Assembly: GCA_964500865.1 (NCBI GenBank)
Contig: CAZCQJ010000003.1
Span: 33,812 to 73,328, forward strand
Direction: 5' to 3'
Source of the DNA: an uncultured Bdellovibrionales bacterium
Lineage (GTDB): Bacteria > Patescibacteriota > Minisyncoccia > Moranbacterales > UBA1568
DNA length: 39,517 nt
The position numbers and the translations under genes are program-made. How positions within the stretch are numbered: position 1 is the stretch's first letter; the number at the start of each line of letters is the position of its first letter. A model generated the notes under the pieces. That model did no database searches, had not been told where the DNA came from, and saw only the letters and a program-made list of their open reading frames with translations. Shown here one piece after another: positions 20,151-29,147 of the stretch.

Positions 20151-21569
20151 TTACGAAGCAAAGAAAAGAGCCCGAACTTCCTTGAGATTAATCGCACGAA
20201 GAATTGCCAACGATATGACGTATGTTACCGAGGCAGTTGTTCCCGCCACAAAAAATGACTCGTGCTTTAGAAGTACTAAGGCTATTATCATGGCTCCACC
20301 AGCTAAGAATATTCGCCCCGCATGTTCAAATGAGGGTACGTATTTTACATGACGCCATACTAAAATACCCGTTGTAATAGCAACGCAAAGCTCTGTGAAT
20401 AACGATGTATAAGCGGCTCCCATGTAGGAAAACCGAGGAATAACGACAATATTTGCCAAAATGTTCAGGAGAGCAATGACAAATAGAGCTTTCATGAGCT
20501 GCTTCTGCGCATTGCTTACGATAAGAAGCATATTAAAGTAGTTCCCAAAAAAGATACATGCTAGGGCAAAAATAAGAACTCGTAATACCGGGACAGATTC
20601 CATAAAGCCACTGCCGCTGATAATCTGAATGATAAACGGAGCTAAAAACCACGTCCCAATAACTAGCGGCGTAATAAGCACTAAGAATACCTTCGAGGTT
20701 TTGCCTGCAATTTCCTCAAAATACGCCCGATTAGTGTAGATATATCGTGATAATAGGGGAAGAATAAGTCCCGAAAGCATGGCTGGAAAGAAAATGAGGT
20801 TCTCGATTATTTTATAGGCCACATTATAAATACCGACTTCGGCGCTCGACTGCCAAATAGAAAGGAGAATGGTGTCAAATTTAAAGTAAGCAAAAGTAAT
20901 GATGGCCGTAGCACCCAGCGGCAAAGAGTCCCGAAGAAAGGCTCTCCAAAAAGGGACGTCAAACGAGAGCGAGAAATGAACATACTGGCGACTTAAAAAA
21001 TATGCAAGCGAAGCGTTAAACAAGAAGGCTGCCACAATAGTAGCTACAATAAACAAGAATCCTCGCTCCTCTTGAATAAAAAACCAAATAAGGCCTACCT
21101 GAAGGATCTTCCCTCCAAGCTCGATCAGGGCTATTTTATCCATGCTTAAACGCTTTTGAAAAATGCCATTCAAAATGTATGAAAAGGTAGAGAATACCGT
21201 CGCAAGAGCAGCAAAAAAGATACCTACCTTAAGCTCAAAAGCGTATCCAGAAAAATAGAGCATTATTGGCACCAGCATAACCAACAGAGACGAAAAGGTG
21301 AGGCGCAAAGCGAGCACCCGCCCTAAAATAAACTCTTCATCGGCACCCTCGCGAGAAATTTCACGAGCTGTTACTTGTGCTAGTCCGAAGTCAGTAACCG
21401 CCGAAAAAAGCGCGAAAAAGGCCAATACTGTAGCATACATACCGAATCCTTCCTGGCCCAGATATTCCGTAATAAGACGCACCGAAAAAAGCGCCAGAAC
21501 CACTGTCGAAAATATCTTAATGGTGGAATTTAAAGCAACATTATAGGCTAACCGCTTTGCAACAGCCAT
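20151..21569 (-). CDS. Wzx-like polysaccharide flippase (MOP superfamily)
   Basis: 472 aa with about 12-14 TM segments. The N-terminus AYNVALNSTIKIFSTVV....ITEYLGQEGFGMY is typical of polysaccharide biosynthesis protein family members. Confidence 0.75.
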   Translation of the reverse strand: MAVAKRLAYNVALNSTIKIFSTVVLALFSVRLITEYLGQEGFGMYATVLAFFALFSAVTDFGLAQVTAREISREGADEEFILGRVLALRLTFSSLLVMLVPIMLYFSGYAFELKVGIFFAALATVFSTFSYILNGIFQKRLSMDKIALIELGGKILQVGLIWFFIQEERGFLFIVATIVAAFLFNASLAYFLSRQYVHFSLSFDVPFWRAFLRDSLPLGATAIITFAYFKFDTILLSIWQSSAEVGIYNVAYKIIENLIFFPAMLSGLILPLLSRYIYTNRAYFEEIAGKTSKVFLVLITPLVIGTWFLAPFIIQIISGSGFMESVPVLRVLIFALACIFFGNYFNMLLIVSNAQKQLMKALFVIALLNILANIVVIPRFSYMGAAYTSLFTELCVAITTGILVWRHVKYVPSFEHAGRIFLAGGAMIIALVLLKHESFFVAGTTASVTYVISLAILRAINLKEVRALFFAS

Positions 21570-21605
21570 AGAAACACTCTGTTAGTTTTATCTCCCCTTG
21601 GTACT

Positions 21606-22070
21606 TTACCCTTTTCGAGAGACACGCACAACTCGCTGACTTCCAAAACTCTCACTTTCCGTGGCATAGCCTCCGTGGTTTAAGAAAAATTCGTGTACCA
21701 AACGACGCTCATACGCATCCATTGGCCACAGCAAAAGACTTTCATCCACTAATTTTTCCTCAACGTAGGCCAACACTCTCTTGGTAAAGATCTCATCTTT
21801 TTCGGTACGGTAGCCGTTAACATCCAGACGGTAGCGGAATGGCGAGTCTTCCTTGCGAACCACTGCGTTTATAAGCGCCTGAAGGGCGGCTAAGCTTGCT
21901 CCCTGCTTACCAATAACATAGCGCTGTTCTGTTGGAATAGTTACCGAAACAAGCATCTGTTTTCCTGGAATAACCTCGCTGAAGCTTATTTGTGCGTCGT
22001 GAATGGCAAGCGCCTGAAAAAAGTTACCGAGGAGGGTTCGAATGTGCTGCTGGGCTTCCATAGGGGACAT
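21606..22070 (-). CDS. jag: Jag-like KH + R3H RNA-binding protein
   Basis: VIGKQGASLAALQALIN (KH) and ERRLVHEFFLNHGGYATESESFGSQRVVRVS (R3H). Located downstream of yidC. Confidence 0.8.
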   Translation of the reverse strand: MSPMEAQQHIRTLLGNFFQALAIHDAQISFSEVIPGKQMLVSVTIPTEQRYVIGKQGASLAALQALINAVVRKEDSPFRYRLDVNGYRTEKDEIFTKRVLAYVEEKLVDESLLLWPMDAYERRLVHEFFLNHGGYATESESFGSQRVVRVSRKG

Positions 22071-22079
22071 ATTATCTTT

Positions 22080-22901
22080 TTACGGGGTTGGAACCACTGG
22101 AAAATCATGCTCTTTGACATTCTTTACCGGAACCAGTTTCTGCTGCAGGAGCATTAATAGGGTAGAGGCAAGCCAGTAGAGCGTCAGGGCTGCTGGAAAG
22201 GTAACTCCCACAAAGAGGGTAATGGCAGGCAGCATGTAGAGCATCTGCTTATTCATAATGGTGGCAAAATCAGGCTCACCATCCTTATTTGTAGCTGTTT
22301 TCTGCGGCTGCGCCCCAATAATAGACTTCATCTGGAAGTACTGCGCAATAGCCGTAACGATAGCCAAGAATATACTTGGAGTTGTAAGATTGAGTGTTCC
22401 GAGAAAAAGATGGTTAATTGGGCCAGGGTTAGCCACAAACGCATAGAGACTCTCGGTATTTGCCGAGAAGTTATTATGAGCAATGTTAATAATAGACCTA
22501 TAAATAGCCAAGAGCAACACAAGAGAGACTATTGCCGGCAAACAACCCGAAACTGGATTTACGCCATGCTCCTTATAGAGCCCCATCATCACCTTGGCCT
22601 GCTCCTCTTTATTATTCTTGTGTTTTTCTTGAGCCTGCTTAATTTTTGGCTGCAATTCCTGCAGCTTTTTCTGCGAAGAAATCTGTTTTTGGTAAATAGG
22701 GTACAGCAAAAGGCGGATAATGAGTGTGGTTAAAATAATAGCCACACCAAAATCCTTCAGAGGAACAATATTGTACAAGAAAATAAGTACATTGTAGATC
22801 GGTTCGTAGGCGAGGGTTTCGTAGAGCTGAATCATAAGGAAATCTTTATTATCGTCTGAAGTGAGCGAAACAAGAATATTTTTTGTTTCCGAACGAAGCA
22901 A
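22080..22901 (-). CDS. yidC: Membrane protein insertase YidC (short form)
   Basis: GVAIILTTLIIRLLLYP...KMQ.LQPKI..........EQAKVMMGLYKEHGVNPVSGCLP. The start may be the Met at 22835. Confidence 0.9.
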   Translation of the reverse strand: MLRSETKNILVSLTSDDNKDFLMIQLYETLAYEPIYNVLIFLYNIVPLKDFGVAIILTTLIIRLLLYPIYQKQISSQKKLQELQPKIKQAQEKHKNNKEEQAKVMMGLYKEHGVNPVSGCLPAIVSLVLLLAIYRSIINIAHNNFSANTESLYAFVANPGPINHLFLGTLNLTTPSIFLAIVTAIAQYFQMKSIIGAQPQKTATNKDGEPDFATIMNKQMLYMLPAITLFVGVTFPAALTLYWLASTLLMLLQQKLVPVKNVKEHDFPVVPTP

Positions 22902-22923
22902 TCTAGTAAATGGTCAATACCAT

Positions 22924-23286
22924 TTATTTATGGCTTGTTTTATAGCCAGTATACACCTTTTTTACAAAACTTTCTACGGCTTTTTGTAGCTCATCTTGGT
23001 TTGGTGTCAGTTTTTGACTTGGGAGGTAAAAAACCACATCAAATGGTGCCTGCAAAAAAGTCTCGTACTTTTGTAATTCACCAGAAATACGCCGTTTTAA
23101 GCGATTTCTCTCAACAGCCTTCCGAAGGAACTTTTTACCAAAAGAAAAAGCCGCTCGCATGGGCAGCTCTTTATTTGGTTGCGCTAAAAATTTGACAGAG
23201 AAAAATGGCGTATGCCAAACCCCTCCTTTTTGGAACACCACGTTTATTTCCTCGTTTTTCTTTAGGCGGTGCTTCCTGGCTAACAT
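22924..23286 (-). CDS. rnpA: RNase P protein component
   Basis: MLARKHRLKKNEEINVVFQKG.......F.......SFGKKFLRKAVERNRLKRRI. Sits between rpmH and yidC. Confidence 0.9.
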   Translation of the reverse strand: MLARKHRLKKNEEINVVFQKGGVWHTPFFSVKFLAQPNKELPMRAAFSFGKKFLRKAVERNRLKRRISGELQKYETFLQAPFDVVFYLPSQKLTPNQDELQKAVESFVKKVYTGYKTSHK

Positions 23287-23292
23287 AGGGGC

Positions 23293-23427
23293 TTATACCG
23301 AGAGACGCTTGCGTCCGATGGCTCGACGGGCTTTGATAATAGCCTTACCAGACTTGGTACGCATACGCTTCAAAAAGCCGTGGCGACGCGCTCTTTTGCG
23401 TGTTTTTGGTTGATACGTTCTTTTCAT
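23293..23427 (-). CDS. rpmH: 50S ribosomal protein L34
   Basis: Own translation [44 protein letters not shown]. Below the ORF-track size cutoff. Confidence 0.95.
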   Translation of the reverse strand: MKRTYQPKTRKRARRHGFLKRMRTKSGKAIIKARRAIGRKRLSV

Positions 23428-23526
23428 AGGGTTCTTTACAAGTACAATCAACTCTACCGCACTTTTCTTTTTTCGTCAAGAAAATATCCACCCCTCTATA
23501 TAGGGGCTTTTTTAGGACTTCTCCAC

Positions 23527-23588
23527 TTATACACCCCTTATTCACATAAGAAACCTCCGTTTTTTACCTCGTGCTATACTGTGTATAA
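23527..23588. promoter_or_regulatory. DnaA boxes in the rpmH-dnaA intergenic region
   Basis: TTATACACC at 23527-23535 (8/9), TTATTCACA at 23538-23546 (fits TTATNCACA), TGTGTATAA at 23580-23588 (reverse of TTATACACA). Confidence 0.6.
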
Positions 23589-23593
23589 CTCCT

Positions 23594-25045
23594 ATGGACA
23601 AAGAAACTCTCTGGAAATCAGCCTTGGCTCATATTGAACTTTCAATTTCGAAAGCTAATTTTGTGACCTGGTTTAAAAATACCAGTATCTTTGAACATAC
23701 GGACAACGAAGTGAGTATTACTGTCCCTAACGGGTTTGCTAAGGAATGGCTCGAAAATAAGTATAATCACTACATTCTCCAGGCCCTCCAGTCAGTAGAC
23801 CCCTCTGTTACTCGTATTCGCTGCGTTATCAACCCAAGCCCAAACACAGCGCCCAAACTCGATTCTGTCCAGGTAGCTCCCGCACAACAGCAGACACAGA
23901 CATTTCCCGGTGCGCCATTTCAGGGCACAAAAACGGTTGACTTTACACGAAAAAAGATTATCGAGCAGCCAAATTTTCGCCAAGAAGCTGCCCCAGCAAC
24001 CGCTGTTTTTCACCAAAGCAACCTTAATAACCGCTATCATTTCGAGAATTTTATCGTAGCAGAGAACAACGAACTCGCTCGAGCCGCCTGCATGGCCGTA
24101 GCTGATAACCTTGGTGGCGCCTATAATCCACTCTTTATTTACGGGGGCGTCGGTCTCGGAAAAACTCACCTTTTGCAGTCCATTGGGAACAGTGTCGCCA
24201 AAAAACACCCCGAAAAACGCATTAAGTACATTTCTTCCGAAAAATTTACTCGCGAGCTTGTCGAAAGCATCAAAAACCAGAAGATTGATCAATTTAAAGA
24301 CTACTATGAGCAGATGGATCTGCTTATTATTGATGATATTCAATTTCTTTCGGGCCGCGAAAAGACTCAGAACGAATTTTTTCAGATCTTTAACACCCTC
24401 TACCAGATTAACAAGCAAATCGTTATTTCGAGCGACCGCCCACCAAAGGCGATCCCTACCCTCGAAGAACGGCTCCGTTCCCGCTTTGAAGGGGGTATGA
24501 TTACCGACATTAGCCGCCCCTCCCTGGAGACCCGCCTCGCCATATTAGAATCTAAAGTGCTCGAGCGTGGCCTTATAATCGACAAAGATGCTCTTTTTTA
24601 TATCGCTGACAACGTTTCTCAGAATATCCGCGAACTCGAAGGCGCCCTAAATCGCGTTATCGCTTACAGTGAGTTTCAGAAAATTCCTGCCAACCTCGAA
24701 AATACCACAAAAATCCTTGACCAACTCCTTGAGAGTAACAAAAAGACTGTTTCGATCGACGATGTATTCTCACATATTTGCGATCGTTTCCAAATTTCCC
24801 GAGAAGATCTTATTAAAAAGGGACGAAAAAAAGAAGTTGTGTACCCTCGCCAGATTATGATGTATCTTCTTCGCACCGAACTCCAGAATTCATTCTCGTC
24901 CATTGGTGAGGTTTTTAATGGGCGTGACCACACTACTGTCCTTCATGCTGTCGAAAAAATTGAACGGGAAAAGGGAACAAATGAAAAAATAAAGGCTGAT
25001 ATTCTTCACCTTAAAGAGGTTCTCTACTACACTCCACCTGAATAA
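23594..25045 (+). CDS. dnaA: Chromosomal replication initiator DnaA
   Basis: Walker A GGVGLGKTHL, Walker B LLIIDDIQF, sensor and DnaA signature, C-terminal DNA-binding domain (RDHTTVLHA). Confidence 0.97.
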   Translation: MDKETLWKSALAHIELSISKANFVTWFKNTSIFEHTDNEVSITVPNGFAKEWLENKYNHYILQALQSVDPSVTRIRCVINPSPNTAPKLDSVQVAPAQQQTQTFPGAPFQGTKTVDFTRKKIIEQPNFRQEAAPATAVFHQSNLNNRYHFENFIVAENNELARAACMAVADNLGGAYNPLFIYGGVGLGKTHLLQSIGNSVAKKHPEKRIKYISSEKFTRELVESIKNQKIDQFKDYYEQMDLLIIDDIQFLSGREKTQNEFFQIFNTLYQINKQIVISSDRPPKAIPTLEERLRSRFEGGMITDISRPSLETRLAILESKVLERGLIIDKDALFYIADNVSQNIRELEGALNRVIAYSEFQKIPANLENTTKILDQLLESNKKTVSIDDVFSHICDRFQISREDLIKKGRKKEVVYPRQIMMYLLRTELQNSFSSIGEVFNGRDHTTVLHAVEKIEREKGTNEKIKADILHLKEVLYYTPPE

Positions 25046-25273
25046 CCTTGTATAAACCCCTTCTTTCTTGTGTATCCTGTGTATAAAAAACAGTCCTTTG
25101 TGTATAAAAACCTCATTTTCTCACCCCACCTCATTTTACCCACATATATGCACCGAGTTATCCTTTTTAGAAAATCCGTCCACAAAGCCAACAAAACCGC
25201 TTATCCACTTATACACCCTGTAATAACAATAATAAGATTTTAAAAAAGAATACTTACTTTATCACCTACACAT
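25046..25273. other. Candidate oriC (DnaA-box cluster plus AT-rich stretch) between dnaA and dnaN
   Basis: TGTGTATAA at 25078-25086 and 25099-25107 (exact TTATNCACA reversed), TTATCCACT at 25201-25209, TTATACACC at 25209-25217, weaker boxes at 25048 and 25069. AT-rich run at 25221-25270. Confidence 0.6.
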
Positions 25274-26398
25274 ATGAAAATTATTTGTACACAAGAAAAT
25301 CTTCAGAGATACCTCTCATTTATGGATCGAGTAATCGTGAAGCAGGCGAGCCTACCGATCTTAGGAAATATTCTTTTTCAGGTAGAAGTAGGACGCGTAA
25401 AACTTTCAGCTACAAATCTTGAAATTGGGGTAACTGGGTACCTTGGGGCAAAGGTTTTAGAGGATGGACTCATTGCTCTTCCGGCAAGAATTATTGGAAA
25501 TTTTGTGAGTAATCTTCCAGTAGGTGACGTGGTGGAAATTAGCACGGAGGACAAAAAGGTTTTTTTGAGTAGCGGAAAACACACACTGTCTATTTTTGGG
25601 GTGGATGGTAAAGAATTTCCACTTATCCCAAAACTTTCTTTTGAAAAAGCATATACGTTACATGGAGAGCAATTTAAAACTGCGCTCCAGAAGGTTTTTT
25701 ATGCCGTTAGCGTAAATACTATTCGTCCAGAATTAACAGGGGTTTATTGTAAATTAACAGATGGCGTGTTAAAACTTGTTGCTACTGACAGTTTCCGTCT
25801 TGTGGAGGAGAGCGTATTTGGCGTTCAGGGTGATGGAGAGGAAGAAGACATGACACGGGGTATTATTGTTCCACTTAGTACTCTTCAGGAGGTAGCACGT
25901 ATTATTACCCCAGAAACAAAAGAGTTGCAATTGGTTACTCATGAGAACCAGATATTCTTTAATATCGAGGGGGTAGAGGTAACTTCTCGCCTTATTAACG
26001 GAAAATTTCCGGATTACGAGCAGATTATACCAACAAGCTTCTCGGATAGTCTCGAATTCCAAAAAAGCGACCTCCAGAGAGCGCTGAAGATTTCGGCAGG
26101 GCTTTCGAGCTACACATCAGGAGAGGTGGCGCTTATTTGTGATAAAGAGAAGCAGGAGATCCGACTGGTATCGCGCTCACACGACGTTGGTGAAAATGTA
26201 AATGCTATTTCCTTTGAGAATCTTCAGGGAGAGAAAACCTGCACATTCCTTTTTCAGGCCCGCTTCCTTCAGGAATACCTTGGGAGTATAGCAAGTGATA
26301 TTGTGCGTTTCTCGTATAATTCAGAGCAAACACCTTTACTCTTTGAAGAGCATGGAGAAGTAAGTGGTCGCTCAATTATTATGCCAATACGAAAGTAG
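25274..26398 (+). CDS. dnaN: DNA polymerase III beta sliding clamp
   Basis: 374 aa with three-domain clamp pattern (ATDSFRLV, LINGKFPDYEQIIP). Downstream of dnaA. Confidence 0.95.
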   Translation: MKIICTQENLQRYLSFMDRVIVKQASLPILGNILFQVEVGRVKLSATNLEIGVTGYLGAKVLEDGLIALPARIIGNFVSNLPVGDVVEISTEDKKVFLSSGKHTLSIFGVDGKEFPLIPKLSFEKAYTLHGEQFKTALQKVFYAVSVNTIRPELTGVYCKLTDGVLKLVATDSFRLVEESVFGVQGDGEEEDMTRGIIVPLSTLQEVARIITPETKELQLVTHENQIFFNIEGVEVTSRLINGKFPDYEQIIPTSFSDSLEFQKSDLQRALKISAGLSSYTSGEVALICDKEKQEIRLVSRSHDVGENVNAISFENLQGEKTCTFLFQARFLQEYLGSIASDIVRFSYNSEQTPLLFEEHGEVSGRSIIMPIRK

Positions 26399-26399
26399 T

Positions 26400-26702
26400 A
26401 TGCGAGATTTTCAGAGTCTCCTTCAAAAAAAAATTGCCTCACCTGCTACGAGTAGTATAAAGGGAATGGATCAAGCAACGATCACCTTTTTGTTTACAAA
26501 GATTCTTGAAGAGGAATACGGTATCCGGGGTAAAGAAAACGTCTTTGTGGAAAAATTTGAAGAAAAAAAATTGGTGATTATTGTATACAAGTCACTTTGG
26601 TACACGGAACTCTTGCTGCAACGAGAAAGTCTACTAGTAAAGCTCCAGGAGGTTATAGGCTCTGCTCGGGTGGTGCATGACCTTGTTATCCGCAAGAAGT
26701 AG
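26400..26702 (+). CDS. DUF721/DciA-like protein
   Basis: 100 aa immediately after dnaN. The pattern ...EEYGIRGKENVFVEKFEEKKLVIIVYKSLWYTELLLQRESLLVKLQEVIG fits DUF721 ('L.v.v.s..w..EL......il..l'). ATG at 26400. Confidence 0.5.
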   Translation: MRDFQSLLQKKIASPATSSIKGMDQATITFLFTKILEEEYGIRGKENVFVEKFEEKKLVIIVYKSLWYTELLLQRESLLVKLQEVIGSARVVHDLVIRKK

Positions 26703-26720
26703 ATACTCCCAGGAAAACAA

Positions 26721-26749
26721 AAAACCGAAGGTAAGTCTTCGGTTTTTTT
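26721..26749. terminator. Bidirectional terminator
   Basis: 10-bp stem AAAACCGAAG/CTTCGGTTTT, T-run. Confidence 0.65.
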
Positions 26750-26760
26750 GTACCCCTCTG

Positions 26761-29103
26761 CTAGGGGGTTGGTGTTACACTGCCTTGGTCGTTGCTGCTA
26801 CTTTGACCATCTTGATTTTTTGGAAAGTCGTCAGCCTTGCAGTCTTTTTCTGGAGGAGCTTCGAGAATAATCTTATCTTGTTTCTTGTAGTATTCCTCAA
26901 CGCCCTTCTCCCAGGTTTTATACTGAGGGTCTTTGCTTGGGTTGTCTGGTTTTGGACCCTGAGGATTGTCTTTGTCTACATAGTAGAGGATATCGTGAGC
27001 ATTAATAAAGGTACGTTTTTTAGATTGCTTATCAGTACAGTTATCGTTTGCTTTGCAGTAGTTGTCGCTCCCGGGAATTTTGCAGACTTTTATGTCCTCA
27101 CCTTTTTCGATCTCTCCGTTTAGGAGGAACTTTTTGATGTCTTTTAGAGCCTCCTCTTTGTTGTATTCAGGAAAGTCATTACTGGTGGTTCGGGTCATAG
27201 CGTAGTCGAGAAACTGGCGCCAAATAGGGGCTGCAACATTTACACCATCTGCCCCCGTCTTCATTGGGGTATTGTCGTTGTTTCCGGCCCAGACACCGAC
27301 AGCGATACCGGTGGTGTACCCAAGAGTCCATCCATCACGAAACTCGTTTGTGGTGCCCGTTTTTGCAGCCACCTTACGACCTGGGAAGGCAAGTGGAGAG
27401 GAATTACCAAAGACCCAGGCGCGGTTCTCGTTGTTACTGAGAACAGAGTCGAGCATAGTAACGTATTTCTCGTCGATAACACGCTTACCGGTGCTTGGTT
27501 TGTGTTCTTCGAGGAGATTTCCCTTTGAATCCTCTACCTTTAGGATGGATACCTGGTCGTAGCGCACCCCACCGTTCGCGAGGGTTGAGTAGGCGTGTAC
27601 GTGGTCAAGGAGGGTAACCTCGCCACCACCCAAAACAAGAGAGAGTCCAACGCGGTTGGGGTCGTTGATACTGTTAATACCAAGGTTTTTAGCGAGTTCG
27701 ATAGAGCTTTTTACACCGGCAAGGTAGAGGGTTTTTACTGCTGGTACATTGAGTGACCCACCGAGGGCACGTGCCATCGGGATGGGGCCAGAGAAGCTCC
27801 CGTTGTAGTTTTGAGGAGCATAGGTATCACTCCCAGTGTTGAATTCGGTAGGAACGTCATAGAGGATAGTCTCCGGAAAGTAGCCTTTACTAAAGGCGTT
27901 GAGGTATACGTAGGGCTTAAACGAGCTTCCTGGCTGGCGTTCAGCAATAGCAACATTTACCTGGCCATCAATCTCTTTATTGAAGTAGTCTTTAGAGCCA
28001 ACCATAGCCAAGACCTCACCGGTTGGTGGATCAATGGCAACGAGGGCTGCGTTGCTGGCGTTCCAGCGGGTGTTATTCTCGGTTCCCTGACGGACAGCTT
28101 CCTCGGCCTTCTGTTGCATGTCCCAGTCGAGAGTGGTGTATACTTTGTAGCCGCTGTTTTCGAGCGCTTCATCGCCGTATTTTTGGCGGAGGTATTCACG
28201 CACATACATAACAAAATGAGGGGCAGCGATAACGTCTTTTTGGGCACTTACCTTTTTGAGGGTATCGATACTTTTTGCAGCATCGGCCTCTTCTTGGCTG
28301 ATGTACTTGAGACGTGCCATTTGATCGAGGGCATAGTTTTTGCGGCCTACTAAGCGGTCGGTGTGGGTGCCGTAGGGTGAATACAGGGTGGTGCCCCGTG
28401 GTAGGGCGGCAATCATCGCGGCTTCGTCGAGTGAGAGGTCTTTAGCTGATTTATTAAAGAAGGTTTGGGCAGCTGATTCTACACCGTAGGCATTTGAACC
28501 GTAGGGGATTTCATTGAGATAGAAGCCCAGAATCTCATCTTTTGAATAGGCGAATTCGAGCTCGATCGACAAAATAGCCTCTTTAATTTTTCGGGTAAAG
28601 GTACGTTCGTTTGTAAGAAGAGAGTTTTTAACAAACTGCTGTGTAATGGTACTCGCGCCTTGTTCGGCATTGAGAGCGATAACATCTTTAAATATGGCAC
28701 GCAGAATGGCTTTTGGGTGGATGCCGAAGTGTTTGTAGAAGTCCTGATCCTCAAGAGCAAGAGTGGCCTGCTGAACGGTTTTTGGAATTTGGTCTAGCGG
28801 TACCACGGTACGGTTTTCCTCGCCGTGCACTTCGTATAGAATATGTTGTCCAGAACGGTCGTAGATCTTGGTAGATTCCGCGATAAAGCGTTTATTAATA
28901 TTCCCAGAACTTGGGAGGTCTCGCGCAACATAGAGAAAGAGTCCAACAAGAAGGAGGAGTGTGGCCCCGGAGCCGATAAGAAGGGTCTTCCAAAGAGCTG
29001 CTTTGTGTTTGTGGAAGAACCCGCGAAAGCCAGTAGGGGCAGAAGTATCTTCCGTGAGAGAATAGGAGTTACGAAGCCGTCTTTTTTTCTTTAGTAAAGC
29101 CAT
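26761..29103 (-). CDS. Class A penicillin-binding protein (GT51 transglycosylase + transpeptidase) with Cys/polar-rich C-terminal extension
   Basis: EDQDFYKHFGI, GASTITQQ, RKIKE (GT51). SSFKP, SLN and KTGTT (transpeptidase). Confidence 0.93.
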   Translation of the reverse strand: MALLKKKRRLRNSYSLTEDTSAPTGFRGFFHKHKAALWKTLLIGSGATLLLLVGLFLYVARDLPSSGNINKRFIAESTKIYDRSGQHILYEVHGEENRTVVPLDQIPKTVQQATLALEDQDFYKHFGIHPKAILRAIFKDVIALNAEQGASTITQQFVKNSLLTNERTFTRKIKEAILSIELEFAYSKDEILGFYLNEIPYGSNAYGVESAAQTFFNKSAKDLSLDEAAMIAALPRGTTLYSPYGTHTDRLVGRKNYALDQMARLKYISQEEADAAKSIDTLKKVSAQKDVIAAPHFVMYVREYLRQKYGDEALENSGYKVYTTLDWDMQQKAEEAVRQGTENNTRWNASNAALVAIDPPTGEVLAMVGSKDYFNKEIDGQVNVAIAERQPGSSFKPYVYLNAFSKGYFPETILYDVPTEFNTGSDTYAPQNYNGSFSGPIPMARALGGSLNVPAVKTLYLAGVKSSIELAKNLGINSINDPNRVGLSLVLGGGEVTLLDHVHAYSTLANGGVRYDQVSILKVEDSKGNLLEEHKPSTGKRVIDEKYVTMLDSVLSNNENRAWVFGNSSPLAFPGRKVAAKTGTTNEFRDGWTLGYTTGIAVGVWAGNNDNTPMKTGADGVNVAAPIWRQFLDYAMTRTTSNDFPEYNKEEALKDIKKFLLNGEIEKGEDIKVCKIPGSDNYCKANDNCTDKQSKKRTFINAHDILYYVDKDNPQGPKPDNPSKDPQYKTWEKGVEEYYKKQDKIILEAPPEKDCKADDFPKNQDGQSSSNDQGSVTPTP

Positions 29104-29147
29104 AAATAAGGATGGTTAGTACCTTATTTATAACACAAAAAGCGCTT

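Noticed and set aside
23345-23545. 66-aa minus-strand ORF upstream of dnaA
   Set aside because: It overlaps, in a different frame, the unmistakable 44-aa L34 gene (23293..23427), and the rest is the DnaA-box region.
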